64,000 nucleotides of DNA from Vicugna vicugna (lineage: Eukaryota), in NCBI GenBank assembly GCA_013265495.1, contig MU058463.1, positions 1,883,523-1,947,522 on the forward strand, in the 5' to 3' direction. Positions 25,321 through 39,217 of this stretch are shown here, piece after piece. Position numbers and translations under genes: made by a program. The notes under the pieces were generated by a model, which saw nothing but the letters and a program-made list of their open reading frames with translations, was not told where the DNA came from and ran no database searches. How positions within the stretch are numbered: the first letter of the stretch is position 1; the number at the start of each line of letters is the position of its first letter.

Positions 25321-27999
25321 TTCATTCATTATAACTTTCAGACGGATTGTTCAGTTGAAGTTCAACTATGTTGAGGCACTTTGCGTCACCACATGGATGG
25401 GATGGAGTCATTCCTCGTGACCTGCAGTGAGCCCAGCAGAGGAAGAACCCTGGAGAGCTGCATTTGACACTCCAGACCCAAACGAGATGGATGGCCTCTA
25501 GGACTGCTGCCTCAGAGAAAAGCCAAAAGCAGTTCCAGGTGGGCTCTGGCCTCACTTGTCATATGTACGTGTTCATTTTTTCATGTGGTGTCCCCATTCC
25601 TTTTATTCTTCCTTCTCCATTTCATGGAAAAGCCATTTTTTCCTTCCTTTTAAATTTTGGGTCTTCACTCTCCCCTCTCTGTGAGTGGTTTTTCTGCAGC
25701 TCCCCTGAATAGTTCAGAGTCACTATGTATCAGTCAGAAAAATGTTATTTTTAAACCAGATTATTATTATCAAACAATTTGCTTCTCCAACTCAAAGAAA
25801 ATTGTGAGAATGTTACCATAGACAAAAATATCCACCTTCTTGCCAGATTACCTGGAGCAGAACTTGACTTCGGGTTACTAATTCACTCAGCCTAATCAGA
25901 AAAAAAAAAAAAGCTTTCCTCTTTATCTTCGAGTAAAAACATTTCCATATTTATCACTGAAGACCAATTTTACACATACTTTTATAGTCAGTGTTATTTT
26001 TCATCCTTTATTAAATTCCCCACTGGAAAAGGTATAGACATGTTTTAAGACATGATGCCATTAAAATGCAAATGAAAGCCCCTAAATCTTACCTAGATCC
26101 ATTCCTTCCCATAATGCCTTATTGAGTTGCTTGATGTTCCAAATAAAAGATCACATTGTCCTGTGTTAAAAGAACTTTTTTCGAAAACAGAGTTGATCAC
26201 TAGGGAGATGGATTATGATTTCCTTGGGAATAGTGATTCTGAATTTTCAGACTTTGGAGTAATTGAAGTTCTATTCTTAACCTGATATTAACATATTTTA
26301 TGGCATTAAAATATATTTTATTATTTATTAAGCATTTTTAAAAGAACTTTTCATACCAAAATAATTTATTTTTTAAGTAAATACTTGCAAGCTTAAGTTA
26401 AACAAATGCACTTTATTCCTCATAATTAGGGATAGTCTTGGTTTGATTTAGAAAAATGTAGAACATAATGACCATAATGATTTCACAAGTAATTCTTCTT
26501 TTGTCATGTAAGAAAGCATTGAACCAAATCCTTATGAGAACCTATGTTAGATTCTTTCTGAATTAAAAAGTGGCTTGAGTTTTAGCTAGTAGTTTAGTAA
26601 CCATAAAATTTGTATGTTTTCATAAACTTACGATGTTGGGTAAAAGAAAATTACATATAAAATGTATGTATATATATATTCGTATGTGTGTATGCACACA
26701 TTTTATATACAATTTACATAAACATACATTTTCTTGAATTAGAAACAACTTGCTTTGGTTTTGTGTTTATTTGTAAAGTATTTTTGACCTACTGAGTAGT
26801 GAACCTTTGAAGCCCTCCGAATGAGTTAATTGGCTAACAACAATACCTGTATAAATAAAACATACATTTTTTTGTGTGTGTGATTGAGGATCATGCTGTG
26901 ACAGCAGGTACCATTGTTATTCATGTTCATTTTAACTAGTGAAAAATTATAAGCAAAACTGGGAATGGGAGCTCCGTGACGAGAAAAATATAAATGCCTT
27001 AGTCTTCATCTTCGTGAGTCTTTAGCTTCTTGAGCCTTAGAGACACATAAATGAGGCTCTTTTCCTCCTTTAAACAAATATTTACTCAGCACTGCTATGT
27101 GCTAGGCACTAGACTAGGCATTGAGGATAAAAAGAACAAGACAGACTCTTTTCCTGCCTCACATAACTTGCAATTTTTCAGGAAAGACATGATCGTGGAG
27201 TGTGATAAAGGCTCCAAGTTTTGATGGGATATCAGAGACTGTTTCTCAGAGGAAATGCCTTTTGAGCTGATGTCTGAAAGATAAATAAGACTTGACTAGT
27301 AAAGTTTGAGAGGAGAGGGACAAGGAATGAGGTCAGGGAAACTGGATTTATCAAGATCCAGAAGCAAGAGACAGCACGGAGCCTTAAGGGAAGTGGGAAG
27401 AGTTTGGTGTGACAGTGGTGCAGAGTTGTGTGGGGAGGGGGTGGAGGTAAGGCAGGAGATGCAAATAGGAGATGGTCCCTGAAGAGTCTTGGAAGCCATG
27501 TTAAGCTCTTTGTCTTAAAGAAAACTGGGAAAATTTACAACTGGTTTGAACTGGAGAATGGCACAAATTGGGGAACTGGCATTCATAGAGGTTGTGGAGA
27601 TTAGGAATGGATCCAAGTGGTGAAACGTTTTTAGCAGTCTAAGTGAGCGATGGGGATGGCAGGAATTAAGGATGATGGCAGTCATGCTGGAGAGATGAAC
27701 AGAGTTGAAATGGGATTTTTTTTTAATTCACTATTGACCCAGTGCTGGATTAAGCAGTGAGAGAGAAGCCACAGATGGCCCCCATGTTTATGATTTGGGT
27801 AACGGTGCTACCATTCACAACACAGAAACACTGGGGGACACAGCATTGAAAGATGATGGACTCAATTTCTGAAATGTTGAGGTCAGCGTTCTCAGATGCC
27901 TTGAAGCAGAGCAATCCAGTTAGAAGTTGGCTATGTGGCTCCAGTTGTCTGAAAATAGGTCTGACTTAGAAATAAAGATTTGGGAGACATTTCACAAAG

Positions 28000-28390
28000 C
28001 TGCTGAACAAAATCCACGTTTTTCTCTTCCATCACGGGGACGTAAGTAGATTACATTTCCCTGTAACCTTTGCAGTTGGATGCTGCTATGTGACTATATC
28101 TGGCCAGTGGAATGTGAGAAGAAAAACACCTTATGGACTAGATCTATAAAAACTTCCCACGTGCTCTGGTCCATGGTCTTTTTCCCATGCTCTTTTTTCT
28201 TTTTAGTAAATGAAGATGGCAGGACCTCTGTCAGCCTGAGTTACTGAACGACTGAGGAGGGGCCCTTGTGCTGACTTTTCACCTCTGGAATCCTACTATA
28301 GAAGCAACATCTAACCTGTATCATGATTGAGGAGTCATATATTTAAGGGGTGAAATTGTTACAGGAACAAGGTTATCATAACTAACTCAG
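28000..28390 (+). mobile_element. Old MaLR LTR (MLT1I/J-like)
   Basis: 'attacatttccctgtaacctttgcagttggatgctgctatgtgact...tggccagtggaatgtgag'. Confidence 0.7.
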
Positions 28391-28455
28391 GAGCCTTCTG
28401 ATGGGTAAAGAATAAAAGACCTGAAGACTCAGATGTGATTGTCCAGGGAGAGCGC

Positions 28456-28902
28456 TGTCTTCATTTCTGATGCTCCTGTGACAAATTATCACAAACTCGG
28501 TGGCTTGAAACAACACAAATGTAGTGCAGCTCCAGAAGTCAGAAGTTTGAAGCGAGTCTCACAGTGTCAAGGTGTCAGCCAAGCTGCATTCCTTCTGGAG
28601 GCTCTGGAGGAGAACATATGTCCATACCTTTTCCAGCTTCTAGAGGCTCCCTGTATTGCTCCACCTCTGCGTTCATCACCACGTCTCGTTCACTGACTCT
28701 CCTGCCCTCCTCTTTCCCTTATAAGGACTCTTGTGATTACACTGGCTACCCTGGATAATCCAAAGTAACTTTTCCATCTCAAGATCCTTACCTTAATCCT
28801 ATCTGCTCTGTTCCTTTTGATGCGTAAGGTAACACATTCACAGGTTCTGACCATTAGGATGTGGACATCTCTGGGGAAGGGGCTATCATTCCACCCACTG
28901 CA
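28456..28902 (-). mobile_element. MaLR solo LTR (MLT1B/C-like)
   Basis: TG...CA; 'acaaattatcacaaactcggtggcttgaaacaacac', 'cttataaggactcttgtgattacactgg'. Confidence 0.85.
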
Positions 28903-31199
28903 AGGTGTGGGATGTCTTAGGAAAAGCAGCCAAGATGACACTTTGAGTAGCATCAATGTAAAAGGTTGGGCTGACAAAGAGGAGACAGCAAGGTAACCAT
29001 GAATGAACTTATAAAGCCACAGGGGAAACCAGGGAGGGCTGTGACATGGAAAACACGAAAGTATTTTAAGAAAGAGGGAGCAATCAGTTGTGTTTTGATC
29101 TGGGAGACATCGAATAAGATAAAGATTTACAAATGTTTTTTGAACTTAGCTGTAAGGAAACCATTAGTGGCCTTTTAAAGATCTGTCTGAGTACAGCGGC
29201 GAGAACGGAGGACCCAGCTGAGTCCTGGTTGGGAGGGGGCACTGAGGATATATCAGCAAAGACAACTCACTCAAGAAGATGGGCTGTCAATAGAAAAAGA
29301 AAACCAGAGAGAGAACAGTGGGCAGAAATGAGAAATTAGGGAGTGTTCCCTTCCCACCATTGGACCTATGTATGTATATTTCACTTGCCAGCGGAGAGGG
29401 AGATGTTAAATATAAAGAGTGAGATGGAAAAACAATCAGACAGAGTTAAATCCCTAAGGGAAAGGAAGAGAATCTCTTTCATTTTTTTACAAGGAGAGAG
29501 AAGAAAAGGGTAGGGATGTATATAGATAAATTGGAGGATTTACTGTTTAATTGCATATTCACTTTCTCTGTGAAGCAGAAGACGAGATCAGAGGCTGAGA
29601 GTGACAGGGAGCTGGGAAGGGAGAGGTTGCACCTTTGAGAGGCATAGGTACTGTCTGAAATGCCACAAGGGGAACAGGAGCAGGAAAAATATCATACTGT
29701 GTCAGGGAACTGCTCATGCCCCATCAGGATTAGAGACACATCCCTGTAGTGGGCCAGTCCTGGCCGCTGTGTGACTTTTCTCTTGAAATGTCAATGAGTT
29801 CAATGCGAAAGCCAGGAAGTTAGCGACTAGATTTAGTAAGGTTTGTGGGATTCTCCTCCATCCAGTGTGGTGGGGAAACAACAGAATAAAAGACTTTAGA
29901 ATACCAGTAAACAAAGGGATGAAGTGATGGCATGGGTAAGGATCCAAGTGAGGAGAAGAGGGACCTCATGGGGGAAGAGACAAGGGACACTAAACAAAGA
30001 TACAAAAAAGTCAAAGAACTGATGTGTTGGCTTCAATAAGAGAGAGAGGGAGGGTCAGGAGCACGTGGTTAAGAATGAGTGTAACGCTTTATTTGAGTGG
30101 CAGCCCACCAGATGTGACAAGGTCTGGGGTGTGGCTGTGGAGTGGCGCCTGAGCAGGGGGTGTCCTCGAAGTGAAGCAAGCATGGAACCATGAGGCAAGG
30201 TTGTCATACTGAGTCACCCCGAATAAGGTCAAGCCTGAGGGTGGAGGAGATGACTGTTGGCCAGGTGTCGAGGTCTTCCAAGAGCTTTACTAACAGTATC
30301 ATCAATAAACAGGCAAGAAGAAAAAAACTCAAAAACTGCCCACAGACGTGAAACACATTTAGGCCGTTATCTGGTAACTCAGATGAAAATCCTTCTTATG
30401 GCTTTTTAGGAAAAGGATACTTTGCCTGCATTCACTTAAATGAATTCACCTGACAATTTATAAGATCATTTTTTCTGTCTGAATAATTAGCAAGTCACAG
30501 GCCACCTCTGGTCCCTTCCGAACCTTGGGACTGAGGATGGGTTAATACTGGCCCTTCTGCCGAGGAAAGTGCTCAAGAGAATGCTGGCCGCTTTCTTCTT
30601 CTGGTAGATTAGTCAAGTCACAAAGAAAGGGCTGTGGTGGAGGGTTTAGACTGGAGACTGTGCGATGACACGCAGAGCGTCCCTGCCCTAATCTGCAAGT
30701 TTCCCTCTGAGCTGCAAAGGAATTGCTTGCTCATATCACTTCCCCATCCCTGTGATTCAGCCCCGTCATAAAGGAGCATTTTTAAAAACACTTATAAGAC
30801 CCTGCACTGTTTGATGTACTCTGTAATGCAAGATAACCTGGCACCTTCCTTACCCTCCAGGAGTGAACAATGGGGTGCCTATTTTTAGTTGCCTAAAGTC
30901 ATACTTAAACCATTTAGTTTAAACTTCTATTTGATATGAATGGCGTGCCAGTAAATTAGTGCTTTTAAGAGATGATAGAGGGAGATTCTTAAGAAAGGAC
31001 ACACCAAGAATATCACCATCTGTCTTCTTTCAGTTCAGAGAATTATACCATTTACTTGCTGACCACTTGCCACGCATCCAGAACTGAAGCAAACCAAAAA
31101 GAAGGTGCAGACACATGCTCGCTGAGCACACTTGCCTGCTTGTTTGGAACATACGTAATACTCATAGAACATAAGAGTTTATCAACTACCAAAATCATC

Positions 31200-31510
31200 T
31201 GAAATAAATAAACGGCATTGATGGATGAGCTCTGTTCACCTGAAGATGAGTGAAACATGGTTCCCGTTCTTGCGTGGTTCACAGGGTGTGCGATGGGGAG
31301 GAGGGAAGCAGCACGTGCACAGGTAAACCCCAGAGCTGTAGTCTCTAAGTCACAGCAAAGACTTGGGGGGCAGAGAAGAGGAATCGCTCCCAGGAGAAGC
31401 TAGGAACGTTGTCTCAGGGGAGATGATATTGGAACCAGGGCTGGAAGACATTGCAGATGTTTGCTGGGGAAGCGGGAGTGGGGGAGGAAACGGGAGAGAC
31501 CATCCCTCCA
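31200..31510 (-). mobile_element. L2 fragment
   Basis: 'gatgagtgaaacatggttcccg...ggggagatgatattggaaccagggctggaagac'. Confidence 0.55.
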
Positions 31511-32324
31511 GGTTCAGGACTTCTCAGTTGCTTTCTCTGACTAACATCACTCTTAATGGGTCCCTTGCTTAGTAATCTAAAGTTTATTAAATGCTTTTGG
31601 AACTAGAAGAAAGAAGCTGAAGGGATTCTATGATTCAGAAATTCAGTGGCGAACACTGAAATCCATAATTTAGTAAGTCCTTATCAGAGCACACCCAGCT
31701 CCTCGGGGAACAAACTGGGACGGACAAATCAATGAATGTCTGTGGAATAAACAATTGCACAGGCTAACCAGTGCTGGGGCAAAATCTGTAGAAGAAGAGA
31801 CTAAAGAGAGACAATAAAGGCAGAAGTTCAACACTGAACAGTATTTCTAATGGTTATGACAAAGCTTATTTTTATTGCTCTTAGGATTCTGCTAAATGCC
31901 ATTCAATGCTGTAGTAATTAAACTAGACATGGCTTGGTTAAAGGTCCCTTTATTGTCCTGTTTCCTTGCACAAGTATTCTCTGCTTGCTTATGATATTTT
32001 TTAAATTGCATCTTAGTCATTTACCTTGGGTGGGGACCCCAGGCCCACAATGAGCAATTGCTTCTTGGGAGGAACAGGCAGGCAGACTCATGCTCCACAG
32101 TGAAAGTGCGGCTGCCTCAGAGGCTGACAATCAGGGTTTTATTATTTTAGTTGATCGGACAAAGTGAGAACCAGATGTACCAGAACATAACAAAAATATT
32201 CCTAATGGCCCAAATATTGAAAAATAGGAAGATCCAAGCCTCACCTACTGTAAGCCTGTGATAATCAAAATGGATGGGGCTCCACAGATGTTGCAGATCA
32301 ATGTGAGTCTTTAGAAGAGGTCAG

Positions 32325-34678
32325 ATTGCCTTCCGGTTCCAATCAGGCATGCAAGGAGTTTAGAAGTCACTGTTCTAGCCTAACAAGTGAACAGTTGAAT
32401 GAACTGAAAAATCAGCAACTCTTCTTAGATGTCGGGCAAGTCAGGTCACAGGGAAACCTCTGCCCCCCAAATTGGAGAGACAGACAGATGAATACAGAGA
32501 ATCACAACTTACTGGAACAGAAATCCACAAGCAGAAGCCTCCATGGACCCCGTGCCCAGGTAGGAAAACCTGAACTGAACTTGACAAATTGCTGGAGGCT
32601 CTGTATGGACAACTCTGAGGGTTAAAATCTCCCAGGGAACCAAGTCACAGGGGAGCCCTCACACTTTTTTGCAAACACAAACAGAATAACTGCCCCCCCC
32701 AAAACCAAAAAACAAACAAACAAAAGCCTCCACGTGGATGTACATTGCTTTCAAACTTCAGGGAAGCAAAGGTAATTTTACCTCCAGGAGCTCTACCAGG
32801 TCCCCGCAGTGACTACAGGAGAAAAATCTCCTCATGCTTCTGGCAGTGGGGGAAATAAACAACTAGTTTGAAATATGCTGGAGATTCTGTTCTCCTTAAT
32901 AAGGCCTGTCCTCAGGAGCCTAACTTGATGAGGATTTATCAGAGCCTAACCCACCCAGCGGGAGGTAAACATCCAAGTCCAGCTCCCTCTCCCCATCCTG
33001 CCCCACCTGAGGGAGGGTAATGGGACCGAGGGGCACTGACAGAGGTCTCGGGCCAGGGGTACAGGTTCAGCAAAAGACTGAGACCTAGCCATTAGACAAT
33101 GGCACCCTTCCTCTCCCCCCCGCCCCACAGCACTACAGTGTAAAGCCCTGTTTACTGCAGTTCCTTTTGCCCGCTACATCTTATCTACCGTTCAACAACA
33201 GCAACAAAAATTATGAGGTATATTAAAAGGCAAAGATCACAGTTTAAAGAGACTGAACAAGCATCAGAACCAGAGTCAGATATGGTAGGAATGTTGAAAT
33301 TATCAGACCAGAAATTTTAAAAAACAAGTTATGATGAGTATTCTAAGGGCTTCAATAGAAAAAGTAGACAACATGCGACAGATGGATAATGTAAGCAAAG
33401 AGATGGAACGTCTAAGAAAGAACTTAAAAGTAATGCTAGAGATCAAAAACATTGTCAGTGAAATGAAGAATGCCTTTGATGGGCTCATTAGGACATGACA
33501 TGGCTGACGAAAGAATCTCTGAGCTCGAGGGTACAACAATAGAAACTCCCAAAAAATGAACAACAAAGAAAAGACTGAAAAAAAATGGAACAGAATATCC
33601 AAGAACTATGGGACCACCACAAAAGGTGTTAACACATGTAATGGGAATACTGGGAGAAGAAGAAACAGAGAAGACAGAAGCAATATGTGAAGTAATAATG
33701 ATTGAGAATTTTTCCAAATTAACGTCAAATACAAAACCACAGATCCAGGAAGCTCAGAGAACACCGAGCAGGACAAATGAAAACCAACGACACACACAAA
33801 CCTACGGCTAAGCCTGTAACATTCAAACTTTAGAATATCAAAGATAAAGGCAAAAGATCTGAAAAAAACAGAAGAGGAAAAAAAAATCTTAATTTTAGAG
33901 AAGCAAAGATAAGAATTGCACCTGACATCTCCTCAGAAACCATGCAATCAAGAAGAGAGTTGAGTGAAATATTTAGAGTATTAAAAAAAAAAAAACCAAA
34001 ACACCAACCTAGGATTCTGTACCTGGCAAGATTATACTTCAAAAGTGAAGAAAATATAAAGATTTTCTCAGGCAAACAAAAATTGAAGGACTGTGTGGCC
34101 AGTAAACCTGCCTTGCAAGAGATGTTAAAAGAAATTCTTCAGAGAGAAGAAAAATGATACAGGTAAGAAACTTGGATCTGCACAAAGAAAGAAAGAAATA
34201 GCATCATGGAATGAAGAAGTGAAGGAAAAATAAAAACTGGTATTTTCTTATTCTTAATTGATCTAGCAGATAGAAGTTTGCACACAAAATAATAGCAACA
34301 GTGCATTTGAATACGTATGCTTATGTGTATCCATGTACCTGTATGCACGTGCAATGAATGATTTCAACAGTAAAAGGGATATGGGGGAGGAACTGGAAAT
34401 ATTTTGTTACTATAAGATATTTGCACTGCCTGTGAGGTGGTATAGAGTTATTTGAAAGTGGACTTGGATTAGTCTAAGATGTATATTGCAAACTTTAGAG
34501 CAACCACACAAAAAATTTTTTTTAAGAGGTAAAATTGATACGCTAAGAAAGGAGAGAAAACAGAGATTAGGGTTTAGGGTGTAGGGGGAGGGCAAGGGTC
34601 TATGGGAACTCTATATATTTTTCACTGCATGCCACTGTTAATTTAAAACTGCTTTAAAAATATTTTATATTAAAAAAA
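32325..34678 (+). mobile_element. L1M (L1MD/L1MC-like): 5'UTR + decayed ORF1 + inter-ORF region joined directly to an L1 3' terminus
   Basis: ORF1 peptides 'EAICEVIMIENFSKL...KPQIQEAQRTPSR' and 'QPRILYLARLYFKSEENIKIFSGKQKLKDCVASKPALQEMLKEIL'; 3' end 'atgggaactct...aaaactgctttaaaaa'. Confidence 0.85.
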
Positions 34679-35189
34679 GAGGCATTGGGGACAAGATGTT
34701 TAACATTTGGGTTCTTAGAAAATGATACCTAATCATCTGACCAGGAAGTTGTGTCAAAAAAAGATGAGCACTGTATCTAAAATGTTAAATTATCCAAAGA
34801 TAGTTTGAAACTAGAGCACTGGAGAACTAATCAATTGACTTTCTTCCTGGAAATTTTGGTGCTGCCTTATAACTCTCATCATTAGTATATTTATGATAAA
34901 GTACATTAAATAAACCGTGCCTGGATTAGATACGTATTTTCATATGTATGTGTTTACCTAACCTGAATGTCAGAATTAGATGGAACCAGGACTGGCATAA
35001 GCCAAATGGATAGGAAAGGCAGAGAGGTAGGACAGCTCTCCACTCGGTGACAGTGGTCTTAAACTAGAGAGCCAGAGAGCACCATTGTCTGGGCTTTGAG
35101 TGACCCCACAGTCTGAATTTAAAAATAAAATATCCAAAACTCTCTAGAGAGTCATCCCTCGTTACTCAGATCATAAAATCATACTAAAT

Positions 35190-35410
35190 TGTTAAAAATA
35201 GTAAGTGACATGAATACTTGCCATAGGCCAGGTGTGGGTCTAAATAAGCATGTTGCTATATTACAAGACAGTACTAGATCACAGGCAACTGTGACACAGA
35301 GGAAACGTAATCACAGATTAAGGGTTATGCCCAAGGCCACACACCTGGTCAGGGACAGGAACCTGAACCAGAGCCCATGCCCTGAAGCCTCCTGCTAGAC
35401 TGCTTCTCAC
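35190..35410 (-). mobile_element. MIR SINE
   Basis: 'acagaggaaac...ttatgcccaaggccacacacctggtcagggacaggaacctgaaccagagc'. Confidence 0.75.
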
Positions 35411-37689
35411 CACACAGAAGGAGTCCAGAGCCAGTCAGGTTGGCTCATGCTGCGTGGCCTCGATCACACAGGGTTGCTTTTTGAGGGTGAGACCACTCGC
35501 AGACAAATCAAGCAGCCTCGGAATGTTCTAGCAGGGAAGACGGAAAGCAGCAAGAAGCCTTGAATTCTTTGCCTTTGTTTACGTTGTCTTGGTTAACTCT
35601 TCCTAAATCCTAAATCCTTTTGGGAAGAAATAAATTTAAGTTTGGGAACAGATTTCTGCGCAAGATCTTGAGGGTTCAAAGGGTACACAATGATCCAGCA
35701 CATAGTAGGCAGTCAAGAAATGCTTTAATGAATAAGTGACTGACTTCATGAACTAGTCAATTCAATCAAGTATTTAGATAGTTCTGTGGATTTAATTTCC
35801 TCCTTATCTCATTATACAACCATTCTTCCCTGCATCATCATCACATCCCCTTAAATATATACTATCTCAGACGACTTTCGTTCAAACCCTTCAGTCAAGT
35901 TGAATTCTTGACTACATTTTGTTACAGCTTTCTTCCTTTTTGTTACAGTGTTATCACTTATGGTGATCACTCCACCTAGAACGCCCTAGTTTGCCAAAGC
36001 TGCAAGTGCAAATTTTACTTACGGTTAAGCTTCAAGTTCAAATGCAACTTATGGTTAAGATCCAACTCAAACACAACTTACTTCTAGTAGAGAAAAGTCA
36101 TCTATCCCACATCTGAGGCCCTACGTTATCATCCCTTTATGCTAGAGGTGGACCTGTATACGGCTTATCTCCCCACAGTGAGTTGCTTGGCAGGAGATGT
36201 CATTTCTGCTTTATTTTCTCTCTTAGTGTTTTATGTGGTATAAGTGGCATCTAAAGAAGATAGTACTGGGTTTGAGTTGTTAGCATTTATGAATAAACCC
36301 GATATTCCATATATTACTTATCAAATTTTGAATTATAATTCATTTTTTTATCAACAGAATACCTCCTAATTTGTTAGCTTTCTGATAGGAGTATTTCAAA
36401 TTGTTTTCTCCCATGTTCGTAATTGGATATACCTTTTGTGAATCACTGCAATGGATTGCAGTGGAATCACTCTAAAATTTATTAGAAACAAGATCAGTTT
36501 TGTTTTATTATCCTAGAAAATGTGGCGTTCTTAATGAGAAAAAGACATATGTAAGTTTACATTAAAATTTACATTTAGTACAAAGTATATTTTTAAATTA
36601 AAATTATGCATTATGCAAACTTTAAAATCATATCTGCTATGATTATTTTATCAGAAAGAAGACTCCAAGTTGCACATAGACCTCTGAATTTTCTGAATTT
36701 TGTTACTCGTACGTATATATAACATAAAAAGAAATTAGAAAAGAAATGATTTATCTTGATTATTCAAAGAAACTCTACATGAAAAGTAATAATGAATATG
36801 ATACTTAAATATATTTTTCAGAATAAGTTTATATTATCAGGCTCTTCTATTTTGCAACAGTTATAACTATGATGCATTTATACCTGAGAATCCATTTCAA
36901 CTATATGCAGGATTTCATTTTCTGACAACATATTATTGTTGACATCCATATTGAAATGAGTTTTTCCTTTTTAAAACTGCATTTGAAAACAGAAATATAT
37001 ATGTAATATAATTGCGATGTTTATGAACACATAACACACATCATCCCATCCCTTCCCAGAGGGCACTGCACTTAAACAGGAATTCCAACAGGAATTCTAT
37101 CTTTACTCCTATATCTCTTTCAATCCTTTAGTAAGTTAATTTTTTTTTAATCCTCTTTTCTCCAGGTCTGTGAAACTCCAGGAAACACTCACTCTCTTTC
37201 ACCGAAAGAGCTCCATCTTGCCTCCTCACTAACCTGGTCTCTCAAATCTTCTCCGTGCAGCCTTTTGCCACGAACACACTGTGATTTGTCCCTTGTAATA
37301 CCCCCAACACTCAGACATGGACACATACACATGCACACACACACAAGCATGTGCACACACATGCACATCCCCACCGTGAGCATGTCCCAGAGAGCACTTT
37401 CTCAGCTCTGAGTTCCTCGGTAGTGAGAACCTGCCTGCGAAACTTTCATCCTTTCCCTTTCTCCTCCATGGGGTCCCGGGGGTGGTGAGGGAGAAGAAAG
37501 GAAAAGTCTGCAAATACATGCATTACTCATTTTTTTCCTGTTACGTTTATCCAAACCAAAACACAGTAATAATTAAAAAATGCCCTTTATAATGCCTTAT
37601 GGAATGTCAGTGGGGTCTGTTAATAGTACTTTTTTTTTTTTGCTGAATGTAAGGAATGTATTATTTTTTTAAAAGTCTTCATAAACTAT

Positions 37690-38310
37690 GTTGTTAAGAA
37701 ACTTAGTATTTTAGAGCAGCTCTAGGTTTACAGAAATATTGAGAAGATAGTACAAAGAGTTCCCATATACCTTACACTCAGTTTCCCTTTTTATTAACAT
37801 CTTACATTAGGACGACACCTTTGTTACAATTAATGAGCCAAAATTGATAGGTTATTATTAATTAAAGCCCATATTTTATTTCAATGTCCTGAGTGAAGAA
37901 AATATAATGTTCATTTTCTGTTCCTGGATCCCATCCAGGATGCTTTAGTGTATTTTGTTGTTGTATCTCCTAAGTCTGCTTTTGGCTGTAAGAGTTTTTC
38001 AGAATTACTTGGTTTTTAAAAAATTATTCTGACACTTTTAAAAAGTATCAGTCAGGCATTTCATAGAATTTCCTTCAATTAGGACTTGTCTAAATTCTTT
38101 TTCATGATTAATCTGGGGCTGTGTGTTTTGGGGAGAAAACAGAGGTAAAAGTGTCATATTCACCACATCATGTGAAGGGCACGTATTGCCCACGTCCTTG
38201 TCACTGCCTGTGTTGCCCCTGAGCACCTGGCTGAGGTATTGCTTGTCAGATTTCCCCACTCTGAAGTTACCCTGCCCGCCCCTGCTCTCCACAGCTGAGT
38301 TTTTTGGACT
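37690..38310 (-). mobile_element. L1MC/L1MD 3'UTR fragment
   Basis: 'agagcagctctaggtttacagaaatattgagaagatagtacaaagagttcccatatacc', 'ttcctggatcccatccaggat'. Confidence 0.8.
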
Positions 38311-38813
38311 AGATTTCCTTGAGTGTAAACATGGATCATATTGCAGGCTTCAGAGTATAAGATTAGTTGAGACTGCAAAAATCCCCAGCTAAAACGTCAA
38401 ATAACAAAGAATTGGCATAATTTTTCCCACGTAAACATTAGCTTGCTTTCCATAACTTTTAGGAGTATATACGTATTTAGCTCCATTGTCAAAAGAAAAT
38501 AGTATACAAAGTCATTCTCAAGTCAGGTCAAGTCATTTTAATAAAGGTTTACTAGGTCATTTATACTGAAACTATTTGGTAACTGGGAAAAATCAAATTT
38601 CATTTGTACAAAACAAAAAGACTATATTTAATATATACACACATACACACATGATGTACACGTAAATCAAAGGAGAAAATCTATCTAAACCTTAAGGGAA
38701 GATCTCTGGTCATAACAGCTAGATAAAGGGTTTTTTTTTTCCCTATAGTAAGGTTGTTTTTCATCATTATTATCATAAACACTATTTATAACAAGTATCA
38801 TTAAACCAAAATG

Positions 38814-38931
38814 AAATTAAACCAAAACTAAGAAGATATGAAAAAATAACTTATCTCCTGCCTTTCGCAAATTTTCTTAACACCTTTTATGCCTCTTTTC
38901 TTTTCTTTTCTTTTCTTTTCTTTCTATCTTC

Positions 38932-38986
<55 letters not shown>

Positions 38987-39162
38987 TCCTTCTTTCCTTC
39001 TTTCTTTCTTTCTTTCTTATTTATTTTCTTGTTTAAGAAGACTAAAATTAAACCAAAACTATGAAGATATGAAAAAATAACTTATCTCCTGCCTTTCGCA
39101 AATTTTCTTAACACCTTTTATGCCTCTTTTCTTTTCTTTTCTTTTCTTTTCTTTCTATCTTC

Positions 39163-39217
<55 letters not shown>

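Larger units (their letters stand above)
27065..30280 (-). mobile_element. Long L2 (3' end through the ORF2 region) carrying two nested LTRs
   Basis: 3' end 'tttaaacaaatatttactcagcactgctatgtgctaggcact'; collinear L2 motifs resume after each LTR. Confidence 0.75.

Noticed and set aside
34567..34598. Telomere-like TTAGGG/TTTAGGG at the L1 junction as an interstitial telomere
   Set aside because: Only about two units, and L1M 3'UTRs are natively G-rich here; kept only as a note in the L1 finding
36017..36080. Imperfect 30-bp tandem repeat (acttacggttaag... / acttatggttaag...) and other short duplications (241, 19122, 24261, 55768)
   Set aside because: Ordinary slippage duplications; no spacer structure, so not CRISPR-like
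37141..37381. Very strong + strand acceptor (ttttctccag|G at 37165) with a possible donor near 37376
   Set aside because: Reading frame runs into a degenerate (CA)n tract, is not protein-like, and has no supported partner exon
37922..37940. Hairpin tcctggat-ccc-atccagga
   Set aside because: Part of the L1MC/D 3'UTR consensus, not an independent structure
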